A stretch of 64,000 bases of DNA, from NCBI GenBank assembly GCA_963714975.1, contig CAVQQD010000002.1:96001-160000 (forward strand), in the 5' to 3' direction. Within the stretch, counting starts at the first letter, position 1. Each line of letters starts with the position of its first letter. This DNA is from an uncultured Gammaproteobacteria bacterium (GTDB taxonomy: Bacteria; Pseudomonadota; Gammaproteobacteria; JAURND01). The notes under the pieces are model-generated. The model was not told the origin of the DNA and searched no databases. It saw only the letters and a list, made by a program, of their open reading frames with translations. This document shows, piece by piece, positions 37,504 through 48,721 of the stretch. The position numbers and the translations under genes were made by a program.

Positions 37504-40182
37504 CTAATGGGCTTCGTCCCAATTATTGCCAACGCCAATATGCACCACCAGCGGAACATCCAGCGGCATAGATTGGGTCATATGTGCATGGATTTGGGGA
37601 ATAGCAGCATCGATATCTGGTTCAGCCACTTCAAACACCAATTCATCATGCACCTGCATAATCATCTTAATATCGATGGGGGTAGTGCTTTGCCAAGCAT
37701 CCAAGTGAATCATGGCAATTTTGATAATATCAGCTGCAGTTCCCTGCATTGGCGCATTAATGGCGGCGCGTTCCGCAGCGCGACGGCGGTTCATTTGACT
37801 GCTGCGGATGTCTGGGACATAAAGGCGCCGGCCAAGTAAGGTTTCTACATAGCCTTGTTGAAAGGCTTGGTAGCGCGTACCCTCCATATACAATTTCACT
37901 TGCGGGTAACGATCAAAATATTTATCCATGTAAACTTGCGCAATCCCCCGATCAATCCCCAGTTGGCGGGCCAAGCCAAATGAAGACATTCCATAAATTA
38001 AACCAAAATTGATGGCCTTGGCTTGGCGGCGCTGTTCAGCAGTCACTGCGGATAAAGCAATGCCCAACACCTCAGCCGCCGTGGCACGGTGAATATCCAG
38101 GTCATCGGCAAACGCCTTGAGTAGCCCCGGATCTTGGGACAAATGCGCCATGATGCGCAGTTCAATTTGCGAATAATCAGCGGAGATAAGCTTATAGCCA
38201 GGTGGGGCAATAAAAGCTTGGCGGATTCTCCGGCCTTCTTCGCTACGAATAGGAATATTTTGCAAGTTAGGATCGGTAGAAGAAAGTCGGCCCGTAGAAG
38301 TGACTGCTTGGTTATAAGAGGTGTGTACTCGGCCAGTTCGTGCATTGATTTGCGTGGGTAAGGCATCGGAATAAGTGGATTTTATTTTGCTTAAACTGCG
38401 ATATTCCAAGATTTTCCGTGGCAAAGGATAATCCAGAGCAAGCTCTTGGAGCACCGCTTCTGCTGTTGAAGCTGCGCCCCCAGGAGTTTTACTTAAAATA
38501 GGTAACCGCAAGTGGTCATAGAGGATTTCTTGTAACTGCTTGGGGGAGGCAAGATTAAATACCCGACCGGCGAGCTGAAACACTTCTTCTTCAATCTGCT
38601 GTAAGCGGACAGAGAGCTCTGCACTTTGCTGCTTTAACAGCTGGGGATTAATCATCACCCCATGGCGTTCCATATGTGATAAGACCGGAACTAGGGGCAA
38701 CTCAATTTCGGTCAGGACTTTGGTTAATTTTGGATCAGCAGCAATTTTGGGCCACAATTGTTGATGCAGTTGCCAAGTTACATCCGCATCTTCAGCCGCA
38801 TAATCACTGGCTTTTTCCATAGAAATCTGATTAAGGGTTAGTTGCTTTTGTCCTTTGCCGGCAATGGATTCATAGGAAATCGTATGCGTGCCCAGGTATT
38901 TTAAAGCTAGGCCCTCAAGATTATGACGGCTGCTGGCACTGTCCAACACATAGGATTCCAGCATGGTGTCCATAGACTGGTTTTGGATCGTGAGCCCATA
39001 ATTCGCTAACACGCCTAGCTCATATTTTAGATTGTGGGCAATCAAGGTTTTTGTCGGATCTTCTAACACAGGCTGCAGCTGCTGCAGCAGATAGTCTAGG
39101 GATATTTGTTCTGGGGCACCTAAATAATCGTGGGCCACCGGGATGTAGACCGCTTGCTGAGGGGCAATGGCCAAAGCCAGCCCAACTAATTTGGCATCAA
39201 GGGTGTTGACACTAGTGGTTTCAGTATCTAGGGTAAAATAAGCTGCTTTTCGCAGCTTTTCCAGCCAAGTTTCGAGTTCGGTTGTGGTCAGAATAGTTTG
39301 ATACTGGCTGGCAGCTGCAGTAGTAGGGGTCTCGACTAATAATTCTTTCAGCCAAGTGTTAAATTCTAGCTGTTTGAGTAGCGTAATCAGCTGAGCTCGA
39401 TCAGGATCTTTCCGGCGCAAGCCCGCGAGGGTCACGGGTAAATCAGAGATATGTCGCTCCAATGTCACCAAGCGCCGTGACAAGGCTAATTGACTTAGGC
39501 TGTTACGTAAATTTTCCCCGGCTTTCCCAGTAAAGGTTTCGGCATGAGCGATAATGGCATCGAGTGAGCCATGTTCTTGCAACCATTTTGCCGCGGTTTT
39601 GGGGCCTACATTAGGAACGCCAGGAATATTATCCGTACTATCGCCCATAAGGCTTAGATAATCGATTATTTGTTCCGGGGTCACGCCAAATTTTTGCCTC
39701 ACCCCCTCACGATCTAACTGGGTATTTGACATGGTATTAATCAATGTAATATGCTCGCTAACCAGTTGCGCCAGGTCTTTATCACCTGTTGAAATCAGGG
39801 TGGTCATGCCTTCGGCTTCAGCTTGAGTTGCTAAGGTGGCGATGATGTCATCTGCTTCAACACCCTCCACCAGGATCAAAGCAACTCCCATGGCTTGAAT
39901 GGATTCGTGCAAAGGTTTTATTTGACTAACGAGTTCGGAGGGCATGGGAGGCCGATGCGCTTTGTAGGCCGGGTACATTTCGTCGCGAAAGGTTTTTGCC
40001 TTGGAATCAAAAACCACACCGACATATTCAGGATCGTACTCGGTAATTAATTTTCGCATCATGTTTAACACCCCGTAGATAGCCCCCGTGGGCTCACCAC
40101 GGGAGTTAATCAGTGCTGGCAGGGCGTGAAAGGCTCGGTACAAATAAGAAGAGCCATCGATAAGGATAAGAGGTTTTTTCAT
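37504..40182 (-). CDS. polA: DNA polymerase I
   Basis: LIDGSSYLYRAFH, LDTET, ADYSQIELR, KAINFGLIYG, QVHDEL. Confidence 0.98.
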   Translation of the reverse strand: MKKPLILIDGSSYLYRAFHALPALINSRGEPTGAIYGVLNMMRKLITEYDPEYVGVVFDSKAKTFRDEMYPAYKAHRPPMPSELVSQIKPLHESIQAMGVALILVEGVEADDIIATLATQAEAEGMTTLISTGDKDLAQLVSEHITLINTMSNTQLDREGVRQKFGVTPEQIIDYLSLMGDSTDNIPGVPNVGPKTAAKWLQEHGSLDAIIAHAETFTGKAGENLRNSLSQLALSRRLVTLERHISDLPVTLAGLRRKDPDRAQLITLLKQLEFNTWLKELLVETPTTAAASQYQTILTTTELETWLEKLRKAAYFTLDTETTSVNTLDAKLVGLALAIAPQQAVYIPVAHDYLGAPEQISLDYLLQQLQPVLEDPTKTLIAHNLKYELGVLANYGLTIQNQSMDTMLESYVLDSASSRHNLEGLALKYLGTHTISYESIAGKGQKQLTLNQISMEKASDYAAEDADVTWQLHQQLWPKIAADPKLTKVLTEIELPLVPVLSHMERHGVMINPQLLKQQSAELSVRLQQIEEEVFQLAGRVFNLASPKQLQEILYDHLRLPILSKTPGGAASTAEAVLQELALDYPLPRKILEYRSLSKIKSTYSDALPTQINARTGRVHTSYNQAVTSTGRLSSTDPNLQNIPIRSEEGRRIRQAFIAPPGYKLISADYSQIELRIMAHLSQDPGLLKAFADDLDIHRATAAEVLGIALSAVTAEQRRQAKAINFGLIYGMSSFGLARQLGIDRGIAQVYMDKYFDRYPQVKLYMEGTRYQAFQQGYVETLLGRRLYVPDIRSSQMNRRRAAERAAINAPMQGTAADIIKIAMIHLDAWQSTTPIDIKMIMQVHDELVFEVAEPDIDAAIPQIHAHMTQSMPLDVPLVVHIGVGNNWDEAH

Positions 40183-40217
40183 AACAATAGTAATAAACTA
40201 AATGAGGAGAAAAATAA

Positions 40218-40511
40218 ATGCCCAGAGCTGGTTTTTTTGCTGGTGTAGCATACGGAGTTGTAGGTAACGTACTAATAACAGAAGGAGGGGCTATCCGAAA
40301 CGGTGATGGAACTCCTACGGTAGATGTTTTGGAAAGGCAGGCGTCAATGGTAGTCCTGGGGCTTGGATGTATCACCTATGGCGTTCAACAAAGAGACAAT
40401 TTGACGTTAGGTATGGGTGTTGGCCTATTGGGTACAGCAGTACTGCGGGCTGCTACTGGGTGTCATGATCTACTTACCTGTAATCAAGCTCCTGCTCCTG
40501 CCATCCGATAA
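40218..40511 (+). CDS. Small glycine-rich hydrophobic hypothetical protein
   Basis: GAGGAG RBS, 97-aa ORF divergent from polA. Confidence 0.55.
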   Translation: MPRAGFFAGVAYGVVGNVLITEGGAIRNGDGTPTVDVLERQASMVVLGLGCITYGVQQRDNLTLGMGVGLLGTAVLRAATGCHDLLTCNQAPAPAIR

Positions 40512-40521
40512 ATCCTGAATG

Positions 40522-40548
40522 ATCCTTCTCCCCTTGTGGGAGAAGGAT
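40522..40548. repeat. boxC-like hairpin repeat
   Basis: atccttctccccttgtgggagaaggat. Confidence 0.85.
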
Positions 40549-40564
40549 CACACGCGGGGATATT

Positions 40565-41200
40565 GTGCTAATAAAAATAAAAACAGTATTGGTGAATGTG
40601 GCGTTGGGTCTTGTTTATGGGATATCTTCTCCTATTTTTGCCTTGGATAAAGCGAAAACATTGGCCGACTTGCCTTCGGCTATTATGGTTTATTGGGGCA
40701 AAATGACTAACGAAGAGTTGATGGATGATATTGTCTTCAACTTTACCACTCGAGGGGAGACTTTATATTCAATCGAATTTTCTCGGCAATTAGCAGAGAG
40801 AAATCTTATTCGGCGTTTCTTGCAGCCGTTACTGACCACGGTGGAAATGGTGGGGAACTTTACCTATAAGACTGATCCAGTTGGACCCATTTATGAAGTC
40901 AATCCCTATTTGGCATTTCGTTGGGCTAATTTTCCTTGGAATAAATATTTACTCACTAGCTTTGCGGTGGGGGAAGGTTTATCTTATGACAGCAAAGTGC
41001 CAGAAATAGAGATTCCCAGTGAAGGGACGCCGCAGCGGGTGCTTAATTATCTGATGTTGGAGCTAACCTTAGCTTTACCTCAGCATCCGCAGTGGGAGTT
41101 TGTGGCACGGATCCATCATCGTTCTGGCGTATTTGGTTTGTATGATTCGGCGAACTCAGGTTCAACGGCAGTGGGTTTGGGTTTGCGTTATCGATTTTAA
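40565..41200 (+). CDS. Putative outer-membrane beta-barrel protein (PagL-like HHRSG motif)
   Basis: Signal-like N-terminus, RIHHRSG, C-terminal GLGLRYRF beta-signal. Confidence 0.65.
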   Translation: MLIKIKTVLVNVALGLVYGISSPIFALDKAKTLADLPSAIMVYWGKMTNEELMDDIVFNFTTRGETLYSIEFSRQLAERNLIRRFLQPLLTTVEMVGNFTYKTDPVGPIYEVNPYLAFRWANFPWNKYLLTSFAVGEGLSYDSKVPEIEIPSEGTPQRVLNYLMLELTLALPQHPQWEFVARIHHRSGVFGLYDSANSGSTAVGLGLRYRF

Positions 41201-41227
41201 TCTAATAAAAGTAAAAGGAACGAAAAT

Positions 41228-41881
41228 ATGAATGTGAAGCGATCTGTTAGTTTATTGATGATGGCGCCAGTATTTGTGGTGTTAAGCAGTTGTACCACCA
41301 ATCCTTATACTGGGGAACAACAAGCCGGTAAAATTGGCATAGGAGCGGGCTTGGGTGCGGCGACTGGGGCTATTGCTGGCCAGCTGATTGGCCATAATAC
41401 GACTGCCACTTTAGTGGGTGCCGCTGTGGGTGCGGGTGTAGGTGGTGCTGTAGGCAATTATATGGATCAGCAAGCCAACATGTTGCGTCAGCAGTTGCAA
41501 GGAACTGGAGTCAGTGTGGTCCGTAATGGTAATGATGTGCAACTCATTATGCCAGGTGATATAACTTTTGCGGTCGATCGAGCTCATATTAAGCCGCGTT
41601 TCTATGCCGTGCTGGATTCAGTTGGATTGGTTTTGAAGAAATATAACAAGACCGTTGTCCGGGTAGCAGGTTACACCGATAGCACAGGTTCCGATTCACA
41701 TAATCAAGAACTATCTGAAAACCGCGCGCAAAGTGTGGCTAGTTATTTAATGAGCCAAGGAGTTGCCCCGGGTAGATTTTCAGTAGTGGGTTATGGCAAA
41801 CGTTATCCTGTAGCGAGCAATGCTTCTGAGGAAGGCCGAGCCAAAAATCGCCGGGTGGAGATCACTTTGCAGCAGATTTAG
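41228..41881 (+). CDS. OmpA-family lipoprotein (YiaD-like)
   Basis: Lipobox LSSC, glycine zipper, GYTDSTG, LSENRA, NRRVEI. Confidence 0.92.
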   Translation: MNVKRSVSLLMMAPVFVVLSSCTTNPYTGEQQAGKIGIGAGLGAATGAIAGQLIGHNTTATLVGAAVGAGVGGAVGNYMDQQANMLRQQLQGTGVSVVRNGNDVQLIMPGDITFAVDRAHIKPRFYAVLDSVGLVLKKYNKTVVRVAGYTDSTGSDSHNQELSENRAQSVASYLMSQGVAPGRFSVVGYGKRYPVASNASEEGRAKNRRVEITLQQI

Positions 41882-42342
41882 CTGTTTCTCGCCAGCTTCA
41901 AAAGCGCTTGTTTCAATGCCGGATCGGTGACGCTATTAGCGACTTCAGCGAGGGCAGCAGCGCTTTCAGCTGCGATGGCAGTTGGAGTACGTGTTGGTGG
42001 GGTTGGCTCTTGGCTAATGGGTAAAGTCGTGACTTGAATTGCGTCAATAGATTGAAACTCAGGATGCCCATGCAATTTGGTTAGTAGAGTGGGAATACGG
42101 TATTGCAGATGGGCTGCCCATGCCGTATTTTCCACCCCAAGTAGCAAGCAGGTTTGATTAATGGATAGTACCAGGCAATGAGGCGCCAGACTAAAATCCG
42201 TGAGGCGGTCAAATAATTGTTGCAGAAATTGCAATTTTTGCAGCTGTGCCTGCAGCTGGTTAAACCATGCCGTTTGTGATATTTGCGCTGCTAACGGTTT
42301 TACAGTACTTTCTTGTTTATATTGACTAGATTGAGCTAGCAT
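41878..42342 (-). CDS. DUF721/DciA family protein
   Basis: AWAAHLQY motif, LKQALLKLA end, divergent from secA as in other gammaproteobacteria. Confidence 0.75.
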   Translation of the reverse strand: MLAQSSQYKQESTVKPLAAQISQTAWFNQLQAQLQKLQFLQQLFDRLTDFSLAPHCLVLSINQTCLLLGVENTAWAAHLQYRIPTLLTKLHGHPEFQSIDAIQVTTLPISQEPTPPTRTPTAIAAESAAALAEVANSVTDPALKQALLKLARNS

Positions 42343-42367
42343 TTTGTGCGATACTCCAAAAATTTTC

Positions 42368-42396
42368 CGTCATCCCTGCTTCCTGCGGGGACGACG
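42368..42396. repeat. CGTC-tagged hairpin
   Basis: cgtcatccctgcttcctgcggggacgacg. Confidence 0.65.
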
Positions 42397-42423
42397 TTTA
42401 GGATCAACTGAGATTAAGCAAAT

Positions 42424-45174
42424 ATGCCTTCCACAACCTTACTAAGTAAGATCTTTGGTACTCGCAACCAGCGGTACATCAAACGTATGAGTAAAGTGGT
42501 TCACAAGATAAATCAGCTTGAACCTGAAATGCAATCTTTAAGTGATGAAGAATTATCTCATAAAACTGCTGTGTTCAAACAACGCTTTCAAGGAGGGGAA
42601 TCACTCGATAGTTTGTTACCAGAGGCCTTCGCTGTAGTCCGTGAAGCCAGTGTCCGTACCCTAGGGTTGCGGCATTTCGATGTACAGCTTATTGGTGGCA
42701 TTGTTCTGCATTCCGGGAAAATTGCTGAAATGCGTACAGGAGAAGGAAAAACCTTGGCTGCCACGCTAGCGGCTTATTTAAATGCCTTAACAGGTCGGGG
42801 CGTAGATATCATTACAGTCAATGATTATTTGGTAAAGCGCGATGCTGCTTGGATGCTACCGATCTACCAGTTTTTGGGATTAACAGTCGGGGTCAATATT
42901 CCCAGCAGCAACCAGCAGGAGAAGCGCGAGGCTTATGCGGCTGATATTACTTATGGCACCAATAACGAATTTGGTTTTGACTACTTGCGCGACAATATGG
43001 CCTTCAGTCCTGAAGTCAGGGTGCAGCGTGGCCTGCATTATGCCATTGTCGATGAAGTGGATTCCATATTAATCGATGAGGCTCGAACACCTTTAATTAT
43101 TTCAGGATCAGCTGAACAAGGTTCAGATTTATATCTAAAAATGAATCAACTTGCGCCGCAACTCACGAAGCAAGAAGTGGAAGGCGGTGAGGGGGATTAC
43201 ACCGTAGATGAGAAAACGCGGCAGGTATTCTTGACTGAAGCAGGTCATGCGCAGGTGGAGAAGCTCTTAATAGAAGCTGGATTATTAGAGACTGGCGCTA
43301 GTTTATATGATATTTCGCATATTGCTTTAATACATCATTTGTATGCCGCCTTACGCGCTCATGCTTTGTATCGTCGTGATGTGGATTATATCTTAAAAGA
43401 TAACGAAGTCGTCATTGTTGATGAGCACACCGGTCGTTTGATGGTAGGTCGTCGTTGGTCTGATGGCTTGCATCAAGCAGTTGAGGCTAAAGAAGGGGTG
43501 CCCATTAAAAGTGAAAACCAGACTTTAGCCTCTATTACCTTTCAAAATTTTTTCCGTATGTATCAAAAATTAGCAGGGATGACCGGTACCGCGGATACGG
43601 AAGCTTATGAATTTCAGCAGATTTATGGTTTAGAAGTGGTAGTAATTCCAACGAATAAATCTGTGATTCGCCAAGATTTACCTGATCAAGTTTTTTTGAC
43701 TACCAATGCTAAATATCAGGCCATATTGACTGATATTAAAGCTCGTATTGCTCGGGGTCAGCCTATTTTAGTAGGCACTACCTCTATCGAGTCTTCGGAA
43801 TATTTGTCGGATTTATTAACTAAAGAGCAAATTGCTCATCAAGTATTAAATGCCAAATTTCACGAAAAGGAGGCGAAAATTATTGCCCAAGCGGGTCGAC
43901 CCGGCGTAGTGACGATTGCCACTAATATGGCAGGACGGGGTACTGATATTGTCTTAGGTGGAAACGTCAATGCTGATTTGGCGGAGCTCGAAGATTCTGC
44001 GCCCGAAATAACCCAGGGGGTAAAAACCGAGTGGGAACAGCGCCATGCTCAAATTGTCTCCGCGGGAGGCTTGCATGTATTGGGAACAGAACGTAATGAA
44101 GCACGGCGTATTGATAATCAATTGCGAGGTCGTTCGGGTCGGCAAGGGGATCCAGGATCTTCGCAGTTTTATTTATCACTAGAAGATAATTTGATGCGGA
44201 TTTTTGCGCCAGAACGGATGGGCATCATCATGCGCAAATTGGGTATGCAGGAACATGAAGCGATTGAAAATGCGTTAATTACCCGCGCTATTGAAAATGC
44301 CCAGCGTAAGGTCGAAGGACATAATTTTGATATTCGTAAACAGCTGCTCGAGTACGATGATGTGTCTAATGATCAACGTAAAATCATTTATCAACAGCGC
44401 GATGAATTAATGGCCACCAATGATATTTCCGATACGATCACGATAATTCGTCATGATGTGATCCACGCCGTCGTTGATGAACATATTCCCCCACAAAGTT
44501 TAGAAGAGCAGTGGGATGTTGCAGGGTTAGAGCGCCAATTAGAGCAAGAATTCACTTTAAAATTAGCACTGCGATCTTGGATGGAGCAAGATGAGGCACT
44601 GCATGAAGAAAGTTTACGGCAGCGCATCGTTGCAGCAGTCACAGCAGCAGTGCAAAAGAAGGAGGAAATGATTGGGACCCATGCAATGCGTCAGTTGGAA
44701 AAATCCATTATGTTACAAAGCGTAGACCTGCATTGGCGCGAGCATTTGTCGGCTATGGATCAGTTGCGTCGAGGAATCCATTTACGTGGTTATGCGCAGA
44801 AGAATCCAAAACAGGAATACAAACGTGAAGCATTTTTGATGTTCACGGAATTGTTAAACAACATTAAGCGCGATGTCATTGCGAAATTAAGCAGTGTCCA
44901 GGTACAAGAGCCGACGGAAGCGATAATTTTAGAAGAGCAACGGCGAAAGCAGAGTGAAATGGGTAATTTGCAATTTTTACATCCTGAGATTAGTCGAGTG
45001 GAACAAGCCATGGGTGACTCGGTGGACCAAGAAGAAATGTTGGCACAGGCGGCATTGTCCCCTGCGCCAGTGGGAGAGAGCTTTGTACGTACCCAACCTA
45101 AAGTCGGTCGGAATGACCTCTGCCCTTGTGGCTCCGGCAAGAAATATAAGCATTGTCATGGGGCATTGAAGTGA
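42424..45174 (+). CDS. secA: Preprotein translocase ATPase SecA
   Basis: [43 protein letters not shown]. Confidence 0.99.
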   Translation: MPSTTLLSKIFGTRNQRYIKRMSKVVHKINQLEPEMQSLSDEELSHKTAVFKQRFQGGESLDSLLPEAFAVVREASVRTLGLRHFDVQLIGGIVLHSGKIAEMRTGEGKTLAATLAAYLNALTGRGVDIITVNDYLVKRDAAWMLPIYQFLGLTVGVNIPSSNQQEKREAYAADITYGTNNEFGFDYLRDNMAFSPEVRVQRGLHYAIVDEVDSILIDEARTPLIISGSAEQGSDLYLKMNQLAPQLTKQEVEGGEGDYTVDEKTRQVFLTEAGHAQVEKLLIEAGLLETGASLYDISHIALIHHLYAALRAHALYRRDVDYILKDNEVVIVDEHTGRLMVGRRWSDGLHQAVEAKEGVPIKSENQTLASITFQNFFRMYQKLAGMTGTADTEAYEFQQIYGLEVVVIPTNKSVIRQDLPDQVFLTTNAKYQAILTDIKARIARGQPILVGTTSIESSEYLSDLLTKEQIAHQVLNAKFHEKEAKIIAQAGRPGVVTIATNMAGRGTDIVLGGNVNADLAELEDSAPEITQGVKTEWEQRHAQIVSAGGLHVLGTERNEARRIDNQLRGRSGRQGDPGSSQFYLSLEDNLMRIFAPERMGIIMRKLGMQEHEAIENALITRAIENAQRKVEGHNFDIRKQLLEYDDVSNDQRKIIYQQRDELMATNDISDTITIIRHDVIHAVVDEHIPPQSLEEQWDVAGLERQLEQEFTLKLALRSWMEQDEALHEESLRQRIVAAVTAAVQKKEEMIGTHAMRQLEKSIMLQSVDLHWREHLSAMDQLRRGIHLRGYAQKNPKQEYKREAFLMFTELLNNIKRDVIAKLSSVQVQEPTEAIILEEQRRKQSEMGNLQFLHPEISRVEQAMGDSVDQEEMLAQAALSPAPVGESFVRTQPKVGRNDLCPCGSGKKYKHCHGALK

Positions 45175-45175
45175 G

Positions 45176-45814
45176 AGTCCCCTCTCCCCCGCCCGAGCGC
45201 TAGCGAGGGAAGGTAGGAAAGCGTTAAGGTCTGCACCTTCCCTCTCCCCCACCCGAGCGCTAGCGAGGGAAGGTGGGAGAGGGTTAGGGAGAGGGGGGGG
45301 GATATTATGCCTCACTTAATATCTTTTGCTAAAAATCTCCGCACGAATTGTACAGATGCTGAGCGCGTTCTCTGGCAACATCTACGAGGGCATCGTTTCT
45401 TAGATTTTAAATTTAAAAGACAAAAGCCCATCGGAAAGTATATTGTTGATTTTGTTTGTTTCAGGCTTAGATTAGTAATTGAGATCGATGGCAGCCAACA
45501 TCTTGAATCAAAATATGATCTACAGCGAGATCAATGGCTTAATAATCAAGGATTTAAAATATTGAGATTTTGGAATAATGAAATTTTTGAAAATTTGGCA
45601 GGAGTTTTAAATAAAATCTATGCGGAGGTCGAGACCCCCTCTCCCTAACCCTCTCCCACCTTCCCTCGCTAGCGCTCGGGTGGGGGAGAGGGAAGGTGCA
45701 GGCCTAACGCTTTCCTACCTTCCCTCGCTAGCGCTCGGGCGGGGGAGAGGGAAGGTGCAGGCCTAACGCTTTCCTACCTTCCCTCGCTAGCGCTCGGGCG
45801 GGGGAGAGGGGACT
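45176..45814 (+). mobile_element. DUF559 endonuclease cassette bounded by long inverted palindromic repeats
   Basis: Left arm 45176-45298 and right arm 45635-45814 are inverted copies; the right arm has one extra 59-bp unit (units start at 45659, 45718, 45777). Confidence 0.75.
45307..45648 (+). CDS. DUF559 (Vsr-like) endonuclease domain protein
   Basis: TDAERVLWQHLR, FKRQKPIGKYIVDF, VIEIDGSQH, RDQWL..QGFKILRFWN. Confidence 0.93.
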   Translation: MPHLISFAKNLRTNCTDAERVLWQHLRGHRFLDFKFKRQKPIGKYIVDFVCFRLRLVIEIDGSQHLESKYDLQRDQWLNNQGFKILRFWNNEIFENLAGVLNKIYAEVETPSP

Positions 45815-46220
45815 TAAAGGACGTGGACATGATTAAACTCAAAATCGGATGGTTTGCTGACAGAAAGGGTAAATCCCGCAATTGTGCTAAAGTGACCCAG
45901 GCAATGGACTGGCCCTCCCGCCCATAAGCTTCTCCCGTGAATTGATGAATTTGCCAAACATCGAGCCAAACCGAATAAGTCTCATAGTGATGCCAACACT
46001 GGGTCAGTGGTGTGGGGGCATGGATTTCGATGCCAACTTCCTCCAGCAACTCCCGCTGCAATGCGACATCAACTGTCTCACCGGGCTCAACTTTGCCCCC
46101 CGGGAATTCCCAAAAGCCACCAAGTATTTTGTGATCGGGTCGCAAAGCCACTAAAATTCGCCCGACTGCATCAAATACGATACCGACAGCCACATGGACG
46201 GGTGATGACTTAAGTACCAT
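45774..46220 (-). CDS. mutT: 8-oxo-dGTP diphosphatase MutT
   Basis: WEFPGGKVE..RELLEEVG Nudix box, GREGQ; next to secA; tail runs into the repeat. Confidence 0.9.
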   Translation of the reverse strand: MVLKSSPVHVAVGIVFDAVGRILVALRPDHKILGGFWEFPGGKVEPGETVDVALQRELLEEVGIEIHAPTPLTQCWHHYETYSVWLDVWQIHQFTGEAYGREGQSIAWVTLAQLRDLPFLSANHPILSLIMSTSFKSPLPRPSASEGR

Positions 46221-48568
46221 AAAGATGATCATTAGTTATTGTTACGTTAGTGCTATTCCGGGGAAGAGCATTCGTCCCCTCAGATTTGTGTTCTTTTTGA
46301 TACAAAGGGCTGTCAGGATCGCGTTGCGATACTATCGTTATAAGTGAAGCAGAGGAAGGAAGACTTGGATTCCTGGTTTTTTCAAGAATTGCTTGGAATT
46401 TCTGTGGCGTAATACCCCCGTCCACCCTCTTTGCCCTTTCTAAGTCTCCAGAGATTTTATCCACAACGTCTTTATCTAAGCTAATAATATATTCAAAATC
46501 TTGTTGTGAAACTTTAATGGTTGTTGGCAGTTTCTGTAAACATGGAAGAATAAACTCAAGCCGCTCCACATTTTCCTTTATTAATTCAAAATTATTACCT
46601 TGCTCCTCTGTTAACCAGTCCCATCTAGTCCAGTTACCTTGCATAAATAATAATCTGTTTATGTTCTGTGCATGATGTGAATGGTTGATTATAAATTCGC
46701 AATCTGCTTGATTTAATACAATTACTCTGTTCTTTATTGTTTGCACTAGATCTAAAACTGGGGTATTTGGTCCCTCCTCAAGTACTGCATGCCAAAACGG
46801 ATGATATGCTGGGATGTCAAAGAGTGAACAATGCCTGATCCCATCACTGATCGATTTTATTTGTTTGTGATCAGTAGCTATCTTGGCTGCAATTTTTGCA
46901 TAATCCCCATCATCTAAGACAATTTTTTTTAATCGCAAAGCCTGCAATAAGTCTCCCAATGCTGCGGCATTGGCACCTGCCCTAATTATAGCTTGTTCCT
47001 CTTTGGGGTTAGCGGGTAACGGCCGCTGCAATTTTTCTTCAGTAGCAGAAAATAATGACTGGCTTCTATTATCACCTGAATAGGATTTCAGGCCTTGACT
47101 AATACTTGCAGAATGCTCCACATTGTCCTTCAATAATTTACTATTATCGGGAGCATCTAGAAATGCAGGAGTGACATGGGCAAGCATGGATGCCATCGCC
47201 TCGGCATTGGCGCCACTCTCTATTAATAAATTGAATTTTCGTTGTTTTACCTGAGCGGGATCATTGTTGGATGTTAAAACAGGTACGGCCTTTAAAAATT
47301 CTTTGGGATGTTTTATTTCTGCGATGGCTTGTCTATTTGCTTGGTTTTCTTTTCCTTCCATGAGGGGAGTATTTTTTAGGCGTTCAATAATCTGAAACTT
47401 CGAATTTTTATCCTGATAATCCGGACTGGCAACAAGCTGATCAAAAACCTGTCGCGCGGAAAGCTCAGGATGAGTCTGCATTTCGGTCTGCACATTTTCC
47501 GCAATTTCTTTTGCAACGCCAATATGTTCTGCCAACTTCCACCCAATGGCCATGGCATTACCGCGAGACCAAAGTCCGGGTATTTTTTCCATTATCTCAA
47601 TTGCCTCAAGTAACTTGTCAGAATTAACCGCTTGATAAATAAGTCTAAAAACTCCGGTTTCCACTCCTAGGTCCTTGTATTTCTGGTGTATTTTAGCCGT
47701 ACTTTCTGGAAACTGAGTTTCATACATGACATGACTCAGATAAGCCTCTGCATATTCGTGCATGGGGACCCGCGTTTAAGAGTGCAGTAAAAATTTTATG
47801 TTGCTTATCAATGTCATAGGGACTATTCGTGCCCACTATATTTTTTAATCTTGTCTGTTGTAATACTGCAGTGAAGGAAGCAGTCTGTTGAGGATGATCA
47901 ATAATTGTTTGGATGTTACCTGGCGTGAGCAAGAGAGTTCCTATCAACGCAGAGATTGCTAGGAGGGCAGACTGATCATTTAACAAGCTGCGTGGCTTTA
48001 CGAGTGACTTTGAGAAGTAGTCGATTTTATCTAATTCTACCAGAGCGCTATTCAACTCTTCGGAATCGGGCGAATTCTGGGTAAAGGAGGCATAGAAATG
48101 TGTTTTGCTCGCTCTGCCCAAAAAAGTAAAAGCCAATGCTGACTTTAAGGTTTCCTTAGTCGAAGGTCGCGTTGCGGCGTTTCCTGGAGAAATTTCATGG
48201 ACGGTATAAGCACTACCCAGCAGAAAGCCTATCCCACGTCCCAGCATACTAATGCCAACCATGGCTCCATAGGTTGCGGCAATTTCCCAACCTAAACTCA
48301 GATTGCTGAAAATCTCGGGCATCCCATACCAATAAAGACCCCCCAGTGCGGCACCTGGCAGCAGGATGCTGCCGATACCCGCTCCCAATTGCAGGTATCG
48401 GTCAAACTTATGCCGATCCATAATCGCACGAACTAAGCTCCACGGTGGGACGAAGAACCCTACAATACTTTCCAAAATGGGTGCGATTTTGCTGGCAGAT
48501 GAAGGCGCCGGTGGGCTGGATGTTAAGATACCTTGCTGGTTTTGGGAGGTTTCTTTAACGTCTAACAT
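46210..48568 (-). pseudogene. Effector-like orphan, probably one gene split by a frameshift near 47760 (ORFs 47720-48568 and 46210-47763)
   Basis: Overlapping same-strand ORFs; LLNAGPHA at the junction resembles LIESGANA and IIRAGANA in the downstream ORF; N-terminal TM helices. Confidence 0.55.
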
Positions 48569-48612
48569 ATCGTTACCTGTAATTTTGATATTGGCATGAT
48601 ACTTTAGTTAGC

Positions 48613-48628
48613 TTATAGAAGTATTAAG
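48613..48628 (-). promoter_or_regulatory. PmrA-type box (imperfect)
   Basis: Minus strand cTTAAtacTtctATAA, then TAAAGT 6 nt downstream, 45 nt before the ATG at 48568. Confidence 0.5.
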
Positions 48629-48721
48629 GACAGGGGTATTAGCACGATTACCCTCACCCCTGTATTGCATCACTTATTGTAGCCTGCTAGTCTTGAATTA
48701 CTGAAATAATTGGGAGGCACT

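Noticed and set aside
45659-45814. Tandem repeats next to a nuclease gene as a CRISPR array
   Set aside because: The units are 59 bp with identical spacers, there are fewer than three full copies and no cas genes are present.
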